A stretch of 64,000 nucleotides of DNA from Escherichia coli (GTDB taxonomy: Bacteria; Pseudomonadota; Gammaproteobacteria; Enterobacterales; Enterobacteriaceae): NCBI RefSeq assembly GCF_050920415.1, contig NZ_CP169309.1. One strand, written 5' to 3'. The notes beneath the pieces are model-generated. The model was not told the DNA's origin. It did no database searches and worked only from the letters and a program-made list of their open reading frames with translations. The position numbers were made by a program, and so were the translations under genes. Positions 62,168 to 64,000 of this stretch are shown piece by piece; the stretch's first letter is position 1, and each line of letters begins with the position of its first letter.

Positions 62168-63408
62168 CGTGAACCTCGTACAAACGCCTGCGCTTTCTCC
62201 AGACGCGTTTCATAATCAATACGCAACAGCATCATGATGGCTGTCGACATAATCAGTAAGCTCGAACCACCGTAACTGATCAGCGGCAATGTCAGACCTT
62301 TGGTCGGTAACATCCCCGCTGCCGCGCCTACGTTAACCAGCGCCTGGAAACTAAACCAGATGCCAATGGAACAGGCGAGAAAACCGGAAAAACGATGGTG
62401 AATTTCTAATGCTTTACGGCCAATCGACATCGCACGAAAAGCGACGAAGAATACCATTAAAAGTGCCAGCACCACACCGACATACCCCAGTTCTTCGCCG
62501 ATAATGGCGAAAATAAAGTCAGTGTGTGCTTCCGGCAGATACTCCAGTTTTTGAACCGAGTTACCTAAACCTTGCCCCCACAGTTCGCCGCGACCAAACG
62601 CCATCAGCGATTGCGTTAACTGATAGCCGCTGCCAAAGGGATCTTCCCACGGATTCCAGAATGCGGTAACACGGCGGATACGGTACGGTTCGGCGAGGAT
62701 CAGTAACACAACCGCTGAAATCCCCATGCCGATAATGGCAATGAACTGCCACAATTTCGCCCCCGCCAGGAACAACATCGCCAGCGTGGTCACAAACAGC
62801 ACCACCACCGTACCAAGGTCTGGCTGTGCCAGCAGTAACACTGCCAACACCAAAATCACGCCCATCGGTTTCAAGAAGCCGCGCAGGTTATTACGCACTT
62901 CGTCGCCTTTACGCACCAGATAGTTGGCGATATAGCAAAACAGCGACAGTTTTGTCAGCTCCGCAGGCTGGATACGCAGCAAGCCGAGATCGATCCAACG
63001 CGATGCCCCTTTAACAGAGCTACCCACTACCAGAACGATCATCAACAGGATGATTGAACCGAGTAGCATCGTAGCGCTGTAACGTTGCCAGAACTCCATC
63101 GGCAGACGCAGCGTAATGATCGCCAGAATGAACGCCAGGATCAGGTAGACGCCATCACGCTTAGCGAAGAAAAAGGGATCGTTAGTCAAGCGTTGTCCGA
63201 TAGGCATTGATGCGGACGTCACCATGATAAAGCCGATCGCCGCGAGGCCGAAGGTCAGCCACAGTAAGGTGCGATCGTACATGATCAGGCTGTCGGTATC
63301 TTTTTCCCGCGAGCCCATCACCCAGCCCTTTAGCGCCGTGGAGATCCAGACCAGAATACTGAATCCTGGCAGGCGCGGCATTTTCAGGCGAGGGAGAGAT
63401 AAACGCAT
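62164..63408 (-). CDS. ftsW: Peptidoglycan glycosyltransferase / lipid II flippase FtsW (SEDS family)
   Basis: ORF 62164..63411; recognised start [16 protein letters not shown]; multi-pass membrane protein. Confidence 0.95.
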   Translation of the reverse strand: MRLSLPRLKMPRLPGFSILVWISTALKGWVMGSREKDTDSLIMYDRTLLWLTFGLAAIGFIMVTSASMPIGQRLTNDPFFFAKRDGVYLILAFILAIITLRLPMEFWQRYSATMLLGSIILLMIVLVVGSSVKGASRWIDLGLLRIQPAELTKLSLFCYIANYLVRKGDEVRNNLRGFLKPMGVILVLAVLLLAQPDLGTVVVLFVTTLAMLFLAGAKLWQFIAIIGMGISAVVLLILAEPYRIRRVTAFWNPWEDPFGSGYQLTQSLMAFGRGELWGQGLGNSVQKLEYLPEAHTDFIFAIIGEELGYVGVVLALLMVFFVAFRAMSIGRKALEIHHRFSGFLACSIGIWFSFQALVNVGAAAGMLPTKGLTLPLISYGGSSLLIMSTAIMMLLRIDYETRLEKAQAFVRGSR

Positions 63409-64000
63409 CAACCTAACTCCTTCGCCAGACGGGCAAACTCATTGCCTCGTTGTTCAAAGTTCTTGAATTGATCAAGGCTGGCACAGGCCGGGGAGAGCAG
63501 AACCATATCTCCTGGTTGAACACGCGGAGCCAGCAAGCGCATCGCCTGTTCCATGGTTTCGGTTTGTTCTGCCACTTCCGGGCGCAGTGCCGCCAGCTGT
63601 GCGCCGTCACGACCGAAACAATACAAACGTACGTTATCGCCATTCAGGTAACGTGCCAGCGGACTAAAGTCCGCCGATTTACCATCGCCGCCCAGCAACA
63701 AATGCAGCGTGCCATCTACGTGCAGGCCATTGAGCGCCGCTTCCGTACTGCCGACATTGGTCGCTTTCGAGTCGTTAATCCAGCGCACACCGTTATGTTC
63801 CAGCACCACTTCAAAGCGATGCGGCAAACCAGTGAACGTAGTTAACGCTTTCAGGCTACTGGCGCGTGGCAAACCAGCTGCGTCTGCCAGCGCCAGTGCC
63901 GCCAGCGCATTGGTGTAGTTATGCTGACCGGAAAGTTTCATCTCTTTCACGTTCAACACTTTCTCGCCTTTCACCCGCAGCCAGGTTTCACCCTGCTGAT
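63408..64000 (-). CDS. murD: UDP-N-acetylmuramoylalanine--D-glutamate ligase (3' part; 5' end outside window)
   Basis: C-terminal ...[23 protein letters not shown] with stop overlapping ftsW start; ORF continues past window edge. Confidence 0.93.
   Translation of the reverse strand, partial: QQGETWLRVKGEKVLNVKEMKLSGQHNYTNALAALALADAAGLPRASSLKALTTFTGLPHRFEVVLEHNGVRWINDSKATNVGSTEAALNGLHVDGTLHLLLGGDGKSADFSPLARYLNGDNVRLYCFGRDGAQLAALRPEVAEQTETMEQAMRLLAPRVQPGDMVLLSPACASLDQFKNFEQRGNEFARLAKELG

Overview
This window is an Enterobacteriaceae chromosomal segment whose gene content and order match the Escherichia coli K-12 dksA-to-murD region, read in reverse-complement orientation relative to the usual K-12 numbering. 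All calls rest on reading the ORF-track translations and the raw sequence; no searches were run. In order it contains dksA (3' part), gluQ, pcnB, folK, the cryptic chaperone-usher fimbrial operon yadN-yadV-htrE-yadM-yadL-yadK-yadC, panB, panC, yadD, panD, yadE, yadI, yadH, yadG, can, hpt, gcd, cueO, yacC, speE, speD, yacL, acnB, yacH, lpd, aceF, aceE, pdhR, aroP, ampE, ampD, nadC, ppdD, hofB, hofC, guaC, coaE, zapD, yacG, mutT, secA, secM, lpxC, ftsZ, ftsA, ftsQ, ddlB, murC, murG, ftsW and murD (partial). No rRNA, tRNA or CRISPR array was seen. The one clearly accessory feature is a ~1.28 kb IS110-family insertion (IS621-like) placed inside a REP palindrome between the convergent genes gcd and cueO. 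It carries a structured non-coding leader consistent with a bridge/guide RNA, and its recombinase gene appears broken by two single-base frameshifts. This element class is already described, so I do not claim an undescribed system; I found no other block of non-core DNA in the window. Other items worth a second look are two ERIC repeats, several REP clusters, an in-frame 12-bp tandem repeat in yadD, a His/Asp-rich and repeat-rich yacH, non-AUG starts (pcnB AUU, speD TTG, panC/acnB/secM GTG), and directly visible CueR and PdhR operators.
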